A DNA stretch of 64,000 nt from Plasmodiophora brassicae (GCA_036867785.1 CP145410.1:744001-808000), one strand, 5' to 3'. Shown: positions 51,951 to 64,000, numbered from the stretch's first letter. Notes: a model not told the origin generated them from the sequence alone. Translations and numbers: made by a program.

Positions 51951-53585
51951 ATGGCGGGAGGACCTGGGTTTATCATGCCAGGATCGTCCATGGGCATGGA
52001 GCGCACAGTCATCGATGAAGGTCTGATACGCCAGGCAGTGATCGAGGATCGGAAGCCTGTGAAGGAGGAAGGGGCGCAGCCGACGGCCGACGATGACGAT
52101 GTCGACGAGGGCCTGGACGAAGACTTCAACTTGATCGAGATCGACTCGCTGTCGTTGTCGTTCCAGAACATCTTTAAGATCGACAACCTTCAGGGCTTCG
52201 CAAACCTGACCAAGCTCCAGCTCGACAACAACGTCATCGAGCGCATCGAGAACCTTGGGCACTTGGTCAACCTGACATGGCTCGACCTGTCGTTTAACAA
52301 CATCACGAAGATCGAAAACCTTGATGCGCTCATCAACCTCACCGACCTGTCATTGTTTCACAACCAGGTCAACGTCATCGAGAACCTTGATGCCCTGACC
52401 AAGCTCAACGTTCTATCCCTGGGCAATAACAACATCAAGGACGTGGAGAACATTGTTTACCTGCGGCGGTTCCAAGACCTTCGCCTGCTGAACTTGACGG
52501 GCAATCCCGTGTGCCGCGAGGACGATTACATGACGACGGTGCTCGCCTACCTGCAGCATCTGCACTACTTGGATTACGAAACGATTGATTCGGCGCAGGT
52601 AGTCAAGGCCAAAGAAGACAAGCAAGCGCAGCTTCTCGAGCTCGAAGAACTCGAGAAGCAGCACGCCCAGGAATCGGCGAAAGCGGTCAAGAAACAACTG
52701 TTCCGGGATGCGCTACAAAAGGCGAACCTGGCTGGTGTTGACGACCTCTTCGATGAAATGATTCGTGACGACGCGGAAATCGTTCGTCTACAACAGTTGC
52801 CGGGCTTCAAGACCGTCCTGCAAAGCTACAGGGAGAAGACGGAGAAGACGGTCAGCGAATTTGTTGAACGTATGCTTACTGCCAGCAATGCCGACCAGGA
52901 GGAGTTCGCTCTCTTCGTGGGCGCCCTCGTTAAGCTCCACAAGACCAACGAGACCGAATCCCTCGAGCGAATCCGCCAGTTCAAGAAAACGCAGAAGAAG
53001 ACATTGGGCGAGTTCACAAGTGGGGCCAAGGAGGGTGTTCCAGATGGCACGCTGATTGCCAAGCTGGCAGAAAGCGTGCAGAACCTGTCGGACGACTTGA
53101 TGGACCTGGAGATGCAGTGCACCGAGGAGGCGATGGAGTGCATCAATGAATTCGAGGGTACAGTCAGCAGGACGACAAAGGCGAACATTGAGCAGATGAG
53201 CAACTTTTTCCGACTGCTCGAGGATCTCGAACGTGTGTACTGGGAGGACCTCACCGCCCTTGTTCACGGTCTCATCGAGAAGTACAACGGATCGTCCGCC
53301 TCGGACAATCCCATCGAACCGGACACGACATTATCGACGATCCTGTCTGAGAAAGAGGCTCTGGAGACGTCCATCTCGAATTCGCACAACAACCATCTGG
53401 AGCGCATCCTCAAGTTCGGCGACGAGGTCGTCGATCGCGCCACGAAGAGCGCCGAACGCGTCTCCGCCGACGCCCGCAACAAGGAGTACCTTCGTAATCG
53501 TCGTCGCGTGTCCGAAATCTTCGACCTCGTCCAGCAGCTGAACACGCAGAACGGCATCGCCACGTCGCCGTCCGTAACCAAATAA
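51951..53585 (+). CDS. DRC3: Dynein regulatory complex subunit 3 (LRRC48/DRC3)-like LRR plus coiled-coil protein
   Basis: VIDEGLIRQAV, LSLSFQNIFKIDNL, LTKLQLDNNVIERIENL, LTWLDLSFNNI, LNLTGNPVC, YLDYE, C-terminal SHNNHL...RNRRRVSEI. Confidence 0.85.
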   Translation: MAGGPGFIMPGSSMGMERTVIDEGLIRQAVIEDRKPVKEEGAQPTADDDDVDEGLDEDFNLIEIDSLSLSFQNIFKIDNLQGFANLTKLQLDNNVIERIENLGHLVNLTWLDLSFNNITKIENLDALINLTDLSLFHNQVNVIENLDALTKLNVLSLGNNNIKDVENIVYLRRFQDLRLLNLTGNPVCREDDYMTTVLAYLQHLHYLDYETIDSAQVVKAKEDKQAQLLELEELEKQHAQESAKAVKKQLFRDALQKANLAGVDDLFDEMIRDDAEIVRLQQLPGFKTVLQSYREKTEKTVSEFVERMLTASNADQEEFALFVGALVKLHKTNETESLERIRQFKKTQKKTLGEFTSGAKEGVPDGTLIAKLAESVQNLSDDLMDLEMQCTEEAMECINEFEGTVSRTTKANIEQMSNFFRLLEDLERVYWEDLTALVHGLIEKYNGSSASDNPIEPDTTLSTILSEKEALETSISNSHNNHLERILKFGDEVVDRATKSAERVSADARNKEYLRNRRRVSEIFDLVQQLNTQNGIATSPSVTK

Positions 53586-53778
53586 TAAAGCCGCCGCCCC
53601 ATCAACCGCCATCCGCAAGCGTGCCCAGCGGGCCACAGTATCCAACTTGGCCTGCCTGCCGTCGCGTACAATGACATGCCAACGTGGCCACGGCACTTGT
53701 GATGTGCCCCGTGTCCTGTCACGACTCACGAGAGCGGTGACAGGCCCGCAGCAACTGCATTTTGCGGGAGCCCTCGTC

Positions 53779-54353
53779 ATGTACCGGTGGGCGCGTCGAG
53801 CGTACAGGGCGGTGGTTGCGACGCCTGACGCACCGAAGGCAATAGGCCCGTACAGCCAGGCTGTACGCGCGAATGGGTTTCTGTTCGTGTCTGGCATGAT
53901 CGGGTTTGTTCCCGAGGTCGGGGGTGCTCGCCTGATGCTGGAGGGCTCTGGGCGATCCTGAATCCGAGTTGCACAGACTATGGAGCTTGCATCGAAGAGT
54001 GATGTAAAGCTACAGACGGAACAAGTTCGTACCTTTGGTAGCTGTGGTGCTGGGGTTCTGACGCGCCAGACAGGCGCTGAAGAACATGGTCAATGTTTTA
54101 CGTGCTGGCGGCAGCAATCCGGACAAGGTGGTCAAGACAACGGTCTTGATGACCGACATGGATAACTACAAAGTAATCAATGAGGTTTACGCGAAATGTC
54201 AGCCGTCGATATCTTTGCATGTAGCCGTTTCGTCTAACTTTTGTCTCAGTCTTCACTAAGGATTTCCCAGCCCGCGCCGCGTTTGCTGTCAAGGCGCTTC
54301 CTGCCAATGCTCTCGTCGAGATCGAATGCGTGGCGATGTGTGAAGAAGACTGA
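53779..54353 (+). CDS. RidA/YjgF/UK114 family enamine deaminase, 3 introns
   Basis: APKAIGPYSQAV, LFVSGMIG, QTEQALKN, VVKTTV, INEVY, PARAAFAVKALP, VEIECVA. Confidence 0.93.
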
Positions 54354-54716
54354 AGCGTCGAACATGCGCGAAACACCAATACCACGCGGTTGTCGTAATG
54401 CAATCCTATGGCAATCGTTGCTGTGTACGCGTTGCCGAAAAGGTCGTAGTCGTATCGCTTGGCCAGTTGGTTTATCGTAGTATGCCAGTTCGCCAATAGT
54501 GGAGCTTCTTCCGCAGCAGCATGTTGAAGTCAATGTCATTGCCAGGCGGTGGCAGATTGCGCTGCGCTGTCGCTTTGGCAGGATCGAATGGCCAGTCGTT
54601 CTGCAGATCTAGATGCTGTGGCTCAAGATAATCCGATCGCCTACAACGCCACTCAGAGATCTCGCTGACAAGAACCCTGGTCACGTACAGGGCTGTGCGA
54701 ATATCTGGGCGCCTCT

Positions 54717-56423
54717 CTAAGGATTGCACCCACTTCGGGTCAACTTGTTTTGGTATCTCCTTCTTGGGCGGCGGAGGGGCTTCAACATCAACGGGAGGGA
54801 GCTCGCCGAATACGGTTGTATTTCGAATGTCGACATGAACGGCCTTAGCATAATGTCAGTAGTTGGACATAGACAGTTCGAGAACGCTACCTTTGTTGCA
54901 GCACGCTCCCTCACAGTAGATTCATCAACAAATGGCGCTTCGGTCATGGCACTTGACATTAACTCATTGCGATGATGCTGGAGCCACAGCGTCGAATTCG
55001 GTGCTGGCCGTGCCAGGACAGAATCAGATTCAGTGGCCGTTGCACCGCTGCTTAACACTGCTTTGATCTTTGCGGCACTTGTAAACCGTCCGACCGGAGG
55101 CAGCGGAGGAGTTGGCCTTGGTACAGTCGAGTCGCCACTCTGCGCCCCGACGTGTACGGCTGGTTGAGGCTCAGGTTCTGGAAGCGGCGCCGGCCCAGCG
55201 CGCGGCAAGAGAGAATCGTCGTCTTCATCTGCCTTGGCAGCGTCCGAGAATTCGTCAGAAAAGAACCCCGCATCTGCCTCCGCTTCTTCTCGCTGGGTAC
55301 TCGCCTCAGCACACTCTTTCGTCGAACCCAGTGTGGCACTTTCAACGCGAGCAACTTGACTCTCTGGCATCTCAGCAGATACGTCATCATTCGAGGGCTC
55401 CAATAGAGAACGGCGTGCGTCAAGTTCGTCATGACAAGTTGAATCGGGCAGCGCATCCGCAGATGTCGCGATTGGCCAAACTTCCACAGATCCATCATAG
55501 AGCGCGACAAGCAGCTGAGGAGACTCTGTTGGTTCCCCTTCGCGATTAAACCCGAGGAAAGCGAGCGCGACCACAGCGCTGTTGCAGGCAAGCTGTGCCA
55601 GGACGCACCCACCATCAAGATCTCGAACGGACACGATGCCGTTTGCAAGCCCAATAGCAACGACATGCATTGGGCCGGTATCCATGCTGACAACAGCAGC
55701 ATCCTCTTTCCATTCATGAGCAACAGAGAATGATCCTTCTCCAGGCGAAACGACGCGAATGTTCCCGTCAGCATCGGCGAATAACGACGACGTTCGATTT
55801 CGCCATGCGATCGCAGAACGGGAAACCGAACTCGTGCTTATAGCGCATTGCAGAGTACCGTCAAGAGCATTTCGAATGACAATGGTACCGCTTTTGGCGG
55901 CAGCAAAGACGACGTCATCGCAAGCGGCGATCGCAGTAATCGCATCGTTCAGCGTCAGGGCGGAATAAGACCAAATAGGGCCATGTGCGGCGAGACTCCA
56001 CAGAGTCGTTCGCCCATCCGCATCTCCGATCATTATCTGCGAATTGCCCACGACGTCGATAGCAGTAATCGCGGCCTGCCCAGCCTGGATCTGCAGCACA
56101 ACCCCATCCATCGTCATGGAAGTGTAGAGTACTCGGTTGGAAGGCGACTGGAGCATGTACATATAGTCTTCATCGGCACGTAGCGATATGATGGGCGCAC
56201 GTCGATGCGCACCGGTCGCACTGACGATGAGCGCGAACGTACGATGCGGGGCGGCGTCGTCCCGCAACGACAGCACATGGACCTGTGCAGTTGCAGTGGC
56301 CAAGATCACCACCTTCTGACGATCTGCGACGCCCCCGCAGACCACAGCGGACAGGTCACAGGTCGGGATCCTGCCGAACCGGACCGTCGTGTCAATGTCG
56401 GGCGACAGCGACGACGACGCCAT
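54717..56423 (-). CDS. WD40-repeat protein with low-complexity C-terminus (3' exons may extend to ~54400)
   Basis: AAITAIDV..IMIGDADGRTTLWS, AAAKSGTIVI, ADADGNIRV, AIGLANGIVSVRD, VALYDGSVEVW. Confidence 0.75.
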   Translation of the reverse strand: MASSSLSPDIDTTVRFGRIPTCDLSAVVCGGVADRQKVVILATATAQVHVLSLRDDAAPHRTFALIVSATGAHRRAPIISLRADEDYMYMLQSPSNRVLYTSMTMDGVVLQIQAGQAAITAIDVVGNSQIMIGDADGRTTLWSLAAHGPIWSYSALTLNDAITAIAACDDVVFAAAKSGTIVIRNALDGTLQCAISTSSVSRSAIAWRNRTSSLFADADGNIRVVSPGEGSFSVAHEWKEDAAVVSMDTGPMHVVAIGLANGIVSVRDLDGGCVLAQLACNSAVVALAFLGFNREGEPTESPQLLVALYDGSVEVWPIATSADALPDSTCHDELDARRSLLEPSNDDVSAEMPESQVARVESATLGSTKECAEASTQREEAEADAGFFSDEFSDAAKADEDDDSLLPRAGPAPLPEPEPQPAVHVGAQSGDSTVPRPTPPLPPVGRFTSAAKIKAVLSSGATATESDSVLARPAPNSTLWLQHHRNELMSSAMTEAPFVDESTVRERAATKVAFSNCLCPTTDIMLRPFMSTFEIQPYSASSLPLMLKPLRRPRRRYQNKLTRSGCNP

Positions 56424-57094
56424 TTTTGCTGGCTGGGCCCCCAGTCCCCCACACGATCGGAACTTGCCCGCAGCATATGCCGCTCTTATGTTACGCGTCC
56501 GAAGACGCAGGATGGTTCAGATTATCTTGTCAGGTGGTGGTGGTGGTGGGAGGCAGCAAGTGCGGGTGTGTCATCCGCGCACCTAATGCCCCTTGCACGA
56601 GAAGCGAGGCGCTAGTTTACATAATTATGGTTCGTCGTTACGGTGCCAACGTGGAAGCTATTGCAGGGGCGGGACGGGTGGTCTATAATGAGAGCATTGA
56701 TAGGCGTTTCAGGCTGAAATCCCAAAAATACGTATCAGGTGTCAGAGCGCGCGGTATAATAGGTTGACGACCGACGCGTGGAGTCATGCACTGCGGAGCG
56801 TGCCATTATTGGCGGCCATAGTCATTCTCATTCGCGCGATCAACCACCGGAGGTTGTCGTTCATATCGGCTGCCGTTGTTACGTTGCGATTCGGGCGCCC
56901 GGGTGGTTCCCGCGTGCCGTATCGATCTGTGACTGGCTGCACACGGTCTCGCTGACAGTCAGCCTGTCTCGAACGCGTGATCTCAGCGTCTGACCCTGGG
57001 CCTGACCGCGTGCTCTCATTCGGCAATCAACACCGGTCGTCCTTTGCATCAACGGAGGCACAGGCGACGATCGCGATCACGATCGGGAGCCCGC

Positions 57095-57451
57095 ATGTCC
57101 AGCAAGACTATTCGGGAGCGCCATCGGCAACATCATCCTCGGCCACGATCCGACGACACGCCGCCGCCACTCATGACGACGTCCACGGGCACCGACGGCG
57201 AATCGGAAACGGCATCATATCCCAACTGGGAAATGCTGCCGGATGCACCGTTCAATGGGTCAGGCAAACTCATGACCAGGCACCAATACCATCGTCGACG
57301 GAAGCGCAAGTTCAAGTCGTCGTCACAGTGCGACACCGAGCTGAACCCGTTCAACGTCCAAGAAATTGGCTCCATGACGGCATATGCTGTTCAGTCAGGT
57401 CCACCTGCACACAACGCCGACGACGAAATAAATGCAATGGACGTGCTCTAG
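57095..57451 (+). CDS. Hypothetical protein (possible upstream exons)
   Basis: ORF MSSKTIRERHRQ...EINAMDVL with basic cluster HRRRKRKFK, followed by an AT-richer 3' region; no recognised family. Confidence 0.35.
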   Translation: MSSKTIRERHRQHHPRPRSDDTPPPLMTTSTGTDGESETASYPNWEMLPDAPFNGSGKLMTRHQYHRRRKRKFKSSSQCDTELNPFNVQEIGSMTAYAVQSGPPAHNADDEINAMDVL

Positions 57452-57654
57452 TACGTCTGTGCAATAGTATAGTAAATGTGAACCGTACGTGTATGGCACA
57501 TCGTGTGTGCAACCCGAGTCCTCGAGCTACTACTAGTTACTGTCTCTCGCCCTGAGCAGAGGAGAGGTTCCGGTCCGATCACAGGTTGCCCTGCTTAAAC
57601 CAGGAAATGGCAGCACGACACGCTTTAGGAAGTAGGAAGGGTGCAATAATTTCA

Positions 57655-60600
57655 TTAGTTAGCCTGCCTTCTGTAGAACAGCACATACGCGTCCTTTGTA
57701 CAGATTTCCTCCGATTCGACAACGCGGACGACATCGTCGTCGAACAGCCGCCACGCCCCATCAAGCCCTTTGCAGAACGCGGTGTAGTGGCCGAAGAACG
57801 AGGCGCCGTGGTGGTTGATTACGCTAAACAATTCGTAACGAACGGGAAGCTGACCATCGCTCCACGAGACGAATCCGTCCAGATCGAGGTCACGCAGCGG
57901 AAACTCGACCTTCTTTGAGATCTTATTCGGCGTGTTTCCAAACAGGAAATGCTGTCGGATACTGTCAAAGCGTTTCAGATGGAGAACAAGAATATCCGGA
58001 AGCCGGTACAGGCTAATCCGCTTCGACGCACTGCCTAGCTTATGGCAAGCCGGGCAACGCCAGTCGTTGATGCCCAGCGACTCCACACGAGTGAACTCCC
58101 TGAGGCAATCCCCGATCGTGACAGGACGCTCGCCAGACGGCAAATCGAGATTAGAATCCGACCCTTCTTCACCCGCTTCCGCATCATCAATCGCGTTAAA
58201 CTCGCCCATGTCGAAGTAGAGGAGATGCGCCGTTTCAGCCGTGACAGACAGAATTGCATCGGGAGCGACGTGGACGACCGAATCAGCGTCTTCAATACCC
58301 ATGATGCGCTGCTCTGATGGGATCAGCAATTCAATGCGCCAGGGCGATGCCGATGCCTTGCCCGACTCGGATCCACGTGCGAGCATGGTCCGAACACTGT
58401 CGTACAGGGCAGAGCCGAGCACGTTACGATCTTGTGGAATATCGATAACGAATGGACGGCCACGGAACAGCATCTGGTCGCCACGCATCGAGATCTGCCG
58501 GATGATGCAAGACAGAGGAGCCGTGCCAGGGCGTATCTCAAACGCGGCAAGCATCAGGGAACCCTGATCCCGGTTCGGAGGTTGTCCATTTTCAGGCATC
58601 ATGATCAGCGGATGAGACTGCGCGAAATACGCCATGACAAGAGGGTTTCCTTGGGTGTAATCGCGTCGCGACAGCAACGTAGGAAGCAGGCATCGCTCGA
58701 GCGTCGAAGGCGTTACCTTAGAAGGGACCGCAATAGTAAGCTTTGTCGGACGAGCTCCCGAACGGGGGCAATAGATGACAGTACGCGGGGACATTGCCTC
58801 GGGGAGCGGCAGGGAAACGCAGGTAAACGCGTCAAATTTCACAGATGGCGGGCACGTGCCATTAGGGCATACCAGTTCCGATTTGAACTGCCCACACAGG
58901 TAATCGACAATGATGGACTGGTTTCGGGCGAGATAGTTTGTCCATTGCTCGGCAGCAACGAGTTCGTCGGGGCGGCCGTTGCTGTCCGTGATGGGAATAT
59001 ACGGCTTCGAGTGGATTCGGTTCAGATCCTCGTGTAGGCCATCAAGTAGGAACGCGAGAAATTCCTGGGCGTCATGTTGCTGAGTACCGGCAAACTGGGT
59101 CGCATGTGCCGCCAGCGTGGATTTAAATTCACGTGCGTCGACGACATCGTGTGGACCAAACCACATCTCCTTCAGAAGGCAAGCGTAGGCTGCGGCGAGG
59201 CGGCCTTGGCAGCCCAGCGGATTGTCACAATTCAGTTCCAGTCTGAAACTGTCAGACAGAAACGGGCGAGATATCTCCCAGCAATTGCTCAGGCACTGAA
59301 GCGCCGCGTTCACGTAACAGGAGTTGCCAATGTTGCGAATCCCAACCGTACCAGGGGCACGCTGCCTAACGACGGTCAGCTTGCCACATGATTGCTCCAT
59401 ATGATAGGGGCGATGGCTTTGGAGACAGCCGCTTGAGCAATAGCGGACCAGGCTGCAGCGAGCACATCGAAAAACACGAGCGCCAGCAACGATACGTTGG
59501 TAGCAGGCATCACAAGAGTCGGCTTCGCCACGTGGAGATAGAGGACAGACCGAAGGAGGCCAGAGTCCGGTCGGAAGACGACGTTCAATGGCAATTGAGT
59601 CGCCATTGGCAAACCCGAGCTCGCGCAAAGTTACGTCGACTGGCAAAAGTCTGCCAAGGTGGACGGCACGCACCTCGGTCGCGGTGGCAACCCATACGGA
59701 ACAGAGGGCCTGGAGGATAGACCGAACAGTGTGCAAGGCGCTGCACGTAAAGACAACGACGGGCTTGTCGGTCGACTTCGCAAATAACGTCGTCGGGTAC
59801 AATTCGCAGTCGAGCTTGACAACTGGTTGCCAAGTGCTCAAGCCGTCGTCCCCCGATGGTGCTATAACATGCCGTCGAACACAGGGGCCGCCACCGAAGC
59901 GCTTCATCAGCATATCCCACACTTCATCCGTCACGATCACGTAGTCCTGCTTGCGAATACCGGGACGCACGCTGAGGCCGTCGTCGAATGGGGCGAGTGT
60001 CTGGTGAACGGCATCTCCAGCCGACTTCATATCACCAGTGTCAGGCGAACCAGAGTCTCGGTCGCGGGATTCGTCGCTATCCAATAACGCCGCATTATCA
60101 ACCGGCCCTGGAGAACCATCGTAATCCGCCTTGCTGAGCAACTCGAACTGTGCCCACCAGGCACCTGAACGCAGTTCTAAGATGGTGTCCAAACAAGCAC
60201 GCACACCAAACATCGAAATTACCATTAACAATGGGAAGCGTGAGAGGACTCGAGACGTCCACGGTCGCGTACTGTAGCCTGGACGAAACGGTCCCGTAGA
60301 AGTCCCGGTCGGTTATCTCAGACGATGGCTCGCCGCACAGACGATTATATGATTCCTGAGCTAAAGCAGAATTGCCCAGCTTGAAGGACGTTGCATAGTC
60401 ATCTTTAGCATCGGCGAACCTGCCCATGACCTCTCGCGCACGGCCACGATTGAAGTAGGACTTCGGGTTCTTCGGGTCTACTTCGATCGCTCTGGAAAAG
60501 TCCTGGTCGGCCTCGACTGGCTGGGACATTCTCAACCGGGACATGCCGCGGTTTCGAAGCAAGACGACCAAACGGTCACGGTCGGCGTGATCCAGCGCGG

Positions 60601-60769
60601 CCGAGAACAACTCAACGGCACGCGCGTACTCGCCGTTACGGAAGGCGTCGTTGCCTGCCTGGTGCATCGAGGCCAGTTTCTGTTGTCGCCCAGGGACAGC
60701 GGCACCGTCTTCAACGCTGCCGCCCTCGGCAGACTGTCGGTCGTCAGCAGCGGCCATGCCGTCGGTCAT
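57655..60769 (-). CDS. Ubiquitin-specific protease with TPR, DUSP, UBL-like and MYND domains; intron ~60165-60222
   Basis: TPR QAGNDAFRNGEYARAVELFSAAL; DUSP AWWAQF..PGPVDNAALL..DYVIV..VWDML; MYND CDAC..CARC..YCSSGC..H..H..C; Cys box GIRNIGNSCYVNAALQCL, QQHDAQEFL, His box INHHG..GHYTAF, WRLFDD. Confidence 0.9.
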
Positions 60770-60935
60770 TCGTCGCGCAATACTCGTCCGCGGGTTTTCT
60801 GCGGCCACGCGGTACTACTGGTGGTAGTCGGTGGAGTGGACGGGTGAGGATGGAGGACCTTCCCCGCATCCCCTTGTTCCGCATGCGTATGCCACAGGAG
60901 CCTGTTTATTGAGCCGACAACGACCTAGGTAGCCA

Positions 60936-61490
60936 TCATTTCAAGATGACTGTGTCGATCTCCTGGACGATGCCTTTGCTGTTGCAGTGTATGTCCTTTT
61001 TGACAACGTCGGCAACGCCGTTCACGTTCAGCACTTTCTCGTTCTTGCATCTCTGGAACTCCCTGCCGAAGATCTTCTTCTTACTGCATTTGTTTCGGCT
61101 CACTATGCGAAACGTAAGGGTGTCGCCTGATATGGACTTGGCTTCCTTGTTCTGTTCCAGATCTTTGGCGGAGTTCTGATTCGGGATGGTGAGCCGGCCA
61201 AGGATGGGGGCCACCGTGTCGTTCTTCCCGCTTAGCAACTGGGACTTCGTATCCGTCGACAGTTTCGCAAACGCATCGTCATCAGGAGCCAGCAGCGTCC
61301 AGCTGGATAAGGACGTCATGGAGTCAGCAACTCCCGATTCATTCATGACCTTGATCAGCGTCTGAAATTGTGGACCCGCGTTCGAAAGGCATTGCAGAAT
61401 CGGATTCGCATACATAACAGACTCTATACCAGGTGGCGATACGGCCAGCACGGTTACAATCGCCAGCGTTACACTTATGCGGACGCTCAT
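60936..61490 (-). CDS. Secreted fasciclin (FAS1) domain protein
   Basis: Signal MSVRISVTLAIVTVLAVSPPGIES; H1 motif WTLLAPDDDAFAKL; H2 motif DIHCNSKGIVQEIDTVI. Confidence 0.88.
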   Translation of the reverse strand: MSVRISVTLAIVTVLAVSPPGIESVMYANPILQCLSNAGPQFQTLIKVMNESGVADSMTSLSSWTLLAPDDDAFAKLSTDTKSQLLSGKNDTVAPILGRLTIPNQNSAKDLEQNKEAKSISGDTLTFRIVSRNKCSKKKIFGREFQRCKNEKVLNVNGVADVVKKDIHCNSKGIVQEIDTVILK

Positions 61491-62352
61491 GGTTGGTCGC
61501 AACACCCGTGTATCACAATGACGAAGGGCTCGGCCGGTCGGAACGGAACTGCTGGGCAATGCGGCCAGTTTGTGGATCGGAGCAACGCCGTTCTACGGAA
61601 CAGTTCCGCCTCATCTTGCCATTCCGGTATCTGCGTAGTCTACGATTCTCGTAAATTCCATAATTCGACTCCAGGTTGGAGATCCGCATGCCAGAGTAGG
61701 TTATGTAGGCAATGATAGTTTAGGCGACTCGACGCACAAATCACAATCCTCGCGGACGGGGTGCGAGGACCGCCATGGAATCGGCGCCGGCCCCTGCGGG
61801 ACGTCGCACCGATCGGCCAGTTGGCTTCATCGAGACGATCATGATGGAAGGTACGCATCCGGTTGGCCTGCGTACCGCGGTTCTTGATCTGATCGTAGCG
61901 GCGACGCAGCCATAACACCGGGCGCCAACTCGTCTTCGCTATTGCTGCTGAACGTCACGGTTGCTGTCCTGGCCATATGCATCGTCCTCAGCCTCATCAC
62001 CGGTCTAGCCAACATCCACATGGTGATCTTGCTGGGCCTGACAGTCTCGCTTGGCACCGCGCTTACTCTGTAGGAACGTTTGATGATGGCAATTCCGGGT
62101 CGGTACTCAGCTCGGCGCACGCCAATGCAGGTTTCAGGTCGAATTACACAAGCAGGCAGCAGTGTCGAGCAATACAAAACGGGAATGAACTTACTCGGCA
62201 GATGATTCTCAGGGTGGGCGCGCGCGGGTCGGGATTCCGCGCACTGTGACCGTCGGTGGCGCAACCGCCATCGTCGTGTTGACGAGTGAACCGGATCGGT
62301 CCAAGCGGGTACGAGTTGGCGCCACTTTGCCCTGATCGCGCGCACGTCCAGC

Positions 62353-64000
62353 ATGCTGCGCACCGTGCTTGGTACGAGCGCCATCGCGGGTGGTATCGGC
62401 ACCGGGTTGTTTGCACATTACTACGAGCACGACGTTTGCAGACCGCCCGATCTGTACTATCACAAGGCAGGTCCAACCCGCACACCGAATCTTCAGTGAT
62501 TAGTAACACGCACGTCCCCACCTAAAGGACTCGCTGAACGTCAATCTCGTTCGGAAGTGCCCTTCGCTAACGAGCAAATACGAGCCGACATTCTGGATGT
62601 TCGGGGCGCACCTTCAAACGAGTATATTCATGGCAGGCAGTATGCTCAGGCGTGGGTGCAGTGACATCCGTCTCTTTCAGTCCTGGGGGCGTTCTTTCGC
62701 GCACGGCCGGCCGTGAATCTCCAGCGCGACATTGTCGAGTGCCGCGACGGCGGTCATCTGTCGCTGACCTGGGAGGCGGACTCATATATGGCGTCGAGGG
62801 ACGACACGCCGATCTTGCTCATTCTTCCCGGTCTGACGGGGTCGTCACGGTCGAAGTACATTTGCCAGCTTATGAAAGATGCTTCCAAGCAGGACCTGCG
62901 TCCCGTCGTCCTTGGGTACCGCGGCTTCGACGTGAATCTGAGGGTAGGCGCAAGCTGTACGCCCGCCCCTCATGTGGTACCACTACTGAACCGTTGGTAC
63001 AGACACCAATGGTCACGACCTGCGCAACCGTTGGCGATGTCGAAGACTCGCTGATGTTTCTTCGTAAGAAGCACCCAGACGCACCGATCTATGCGATAGG
63101 CTTTTCTATGGGTGCTAATATGCTAGTCAAGTAACGGTTCGGCGCCGGAATCTACGTTCGGTTTGGTCACACGTGATACGCCAGGTATCTCGGCAGCTCG
63201 CACCGAGAGGGACGACCTCAGATCGTTTCTGGCGCTGTGGCGGTGTCGAATCCGTTCGACTTCGTCAAGCTATCCATCAAGTACCGCCCGAAAGTGTCAT
63301 TAGCAACCATTCAGCTTGGCTTACGGGTGTTGATTGCAGGCTGAGGGAATTCTCCAATGAGTGGCTCTATAGCAGACCTCTGTGCATGCGCGTGAAGTGG
63401 TTCATCAATCAGCACCAAGAGTAAGCGACTTCTTGGTGGGTAGCTGAGCTTCGTTGACTTTAGGTTGTACAGGAATGCCCAAATCCTTGCTGAGCGTGTT
63501 CACCCAACAGCCTTTGCGGTATCCGAGTACGCCTGAATGCGAAACGGTTACGTGCTGAACAGAACAAGTCAGGCAGCGACAATATATGAGCTTGACGATC
63601 GGCTGTCGAGGCATCTGTACGGGATAGCAACTGTCGAAGAGTACTACATGCTGTCGTCAGTATGCGTCGTCCTGATGACCGCATTTCATTGCAAATGACT
63701 GATCGCGACCGTATCCAGAGCCTTCACTTTCTCGAGGATGTTGACTGTCCACTCCTGCTGCTGAACGCTCGCGACGATCCGTTTCTGGGAGGGTACTTGG
63801 GTTTGGTCGGATCATGCGACTGCCGCTTCGAGTGACTGGTTGCAGCGAAATACCTTACGAGATGTGTCAACGAAATCCAAATTTGATGCTAGCGGTAACT
63901 GAACGCGGTGGCCATGTTGCATGGACCACGGGCGTCTTACCGCGCTCGTGGATGCTGGAGACCACCCTGCAATGTCGGTCCTGGCATTCCGCCGAACTGA
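62353..64000 (+). CDS. Alpha/beta hydrolase, ABHD1/2/3 (YheT/Eht1) family; multi-exon, 3'-truncated
   Basis: KCPSL..YEPTFW..AHLQT, RDIVECRDGG, ILLILPGLTGSS..YI, YAIGFSMGANML (GxSxG), AVSNPFD, LLLNARDDP, TERGGHVAW. Confidence 0.9.

Noticed and set aside
61600-62300. Short minus-strand ORFs between the fasciclin and ABHD genes
   Set aside because: Several incompatible splice models, none with recognisable content
1-64000. Prokaryotic operon, CRISPR array, rRNA or tRNA
   Set aside because: Spliceosomal introns and eukaryote-specific genes throughout; no repeat-spacer array or cloverleaf recognised by eye (a tRNAscan/Infernal run would be needed to exclude small RNAs)

Overview
Gene-dense eukaryotic (protist) DNA with many short, roughly 50-70 nt GT-AG introns, very short intergenic spacers and an overall high GC content. 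A flagellar gene (DRC3), secreted ankyrin and fasciclin proteins and the intron style suggest a zoosporic protist such as a plasmodiophorid; this is inference only. About 28 protein-coding genes are supported. Housekeeping genes: INCENP 3' end, SPOUT1, EF-hand Ca2+ exchanger, kinesin-1, Smr nuclease, BCAS2, GOT1, CIR1-like, V-ATPase e, PEX11, prohibitin, DRC3, RidA, a USP deubiquitinase and an ABHD hydrolase. The standout is a 14.5-kb uninterrupted ORF (25220-39733, minus, 4837 aa). It encodes a soluble-adenylyl-cyclase-like tandem class III cyclase followed by three successive STAND NTPase-TPR modules, the third preceded by a second, degenerate cyclase pair. It lies tail-to-tail with an intron-rich but bacterial-architecture PQQ sugar-dehydrogenase/PKD/repeat membrane protein. 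Also found: a ~490-bp MITE-like element (13-bp TIRs, 6-bp TSD), tandem LSD1-type zinc-finger genes (one fused to an HMG box), a pseudokinase, candidate secreted effectors, a TPR-DUSP-MYND-USP fusion and a ~15-kb GC-rich domain. No rRNA, tRNA or CRISPR array was recognised. Exon boundaries were read by eye and are approximate.
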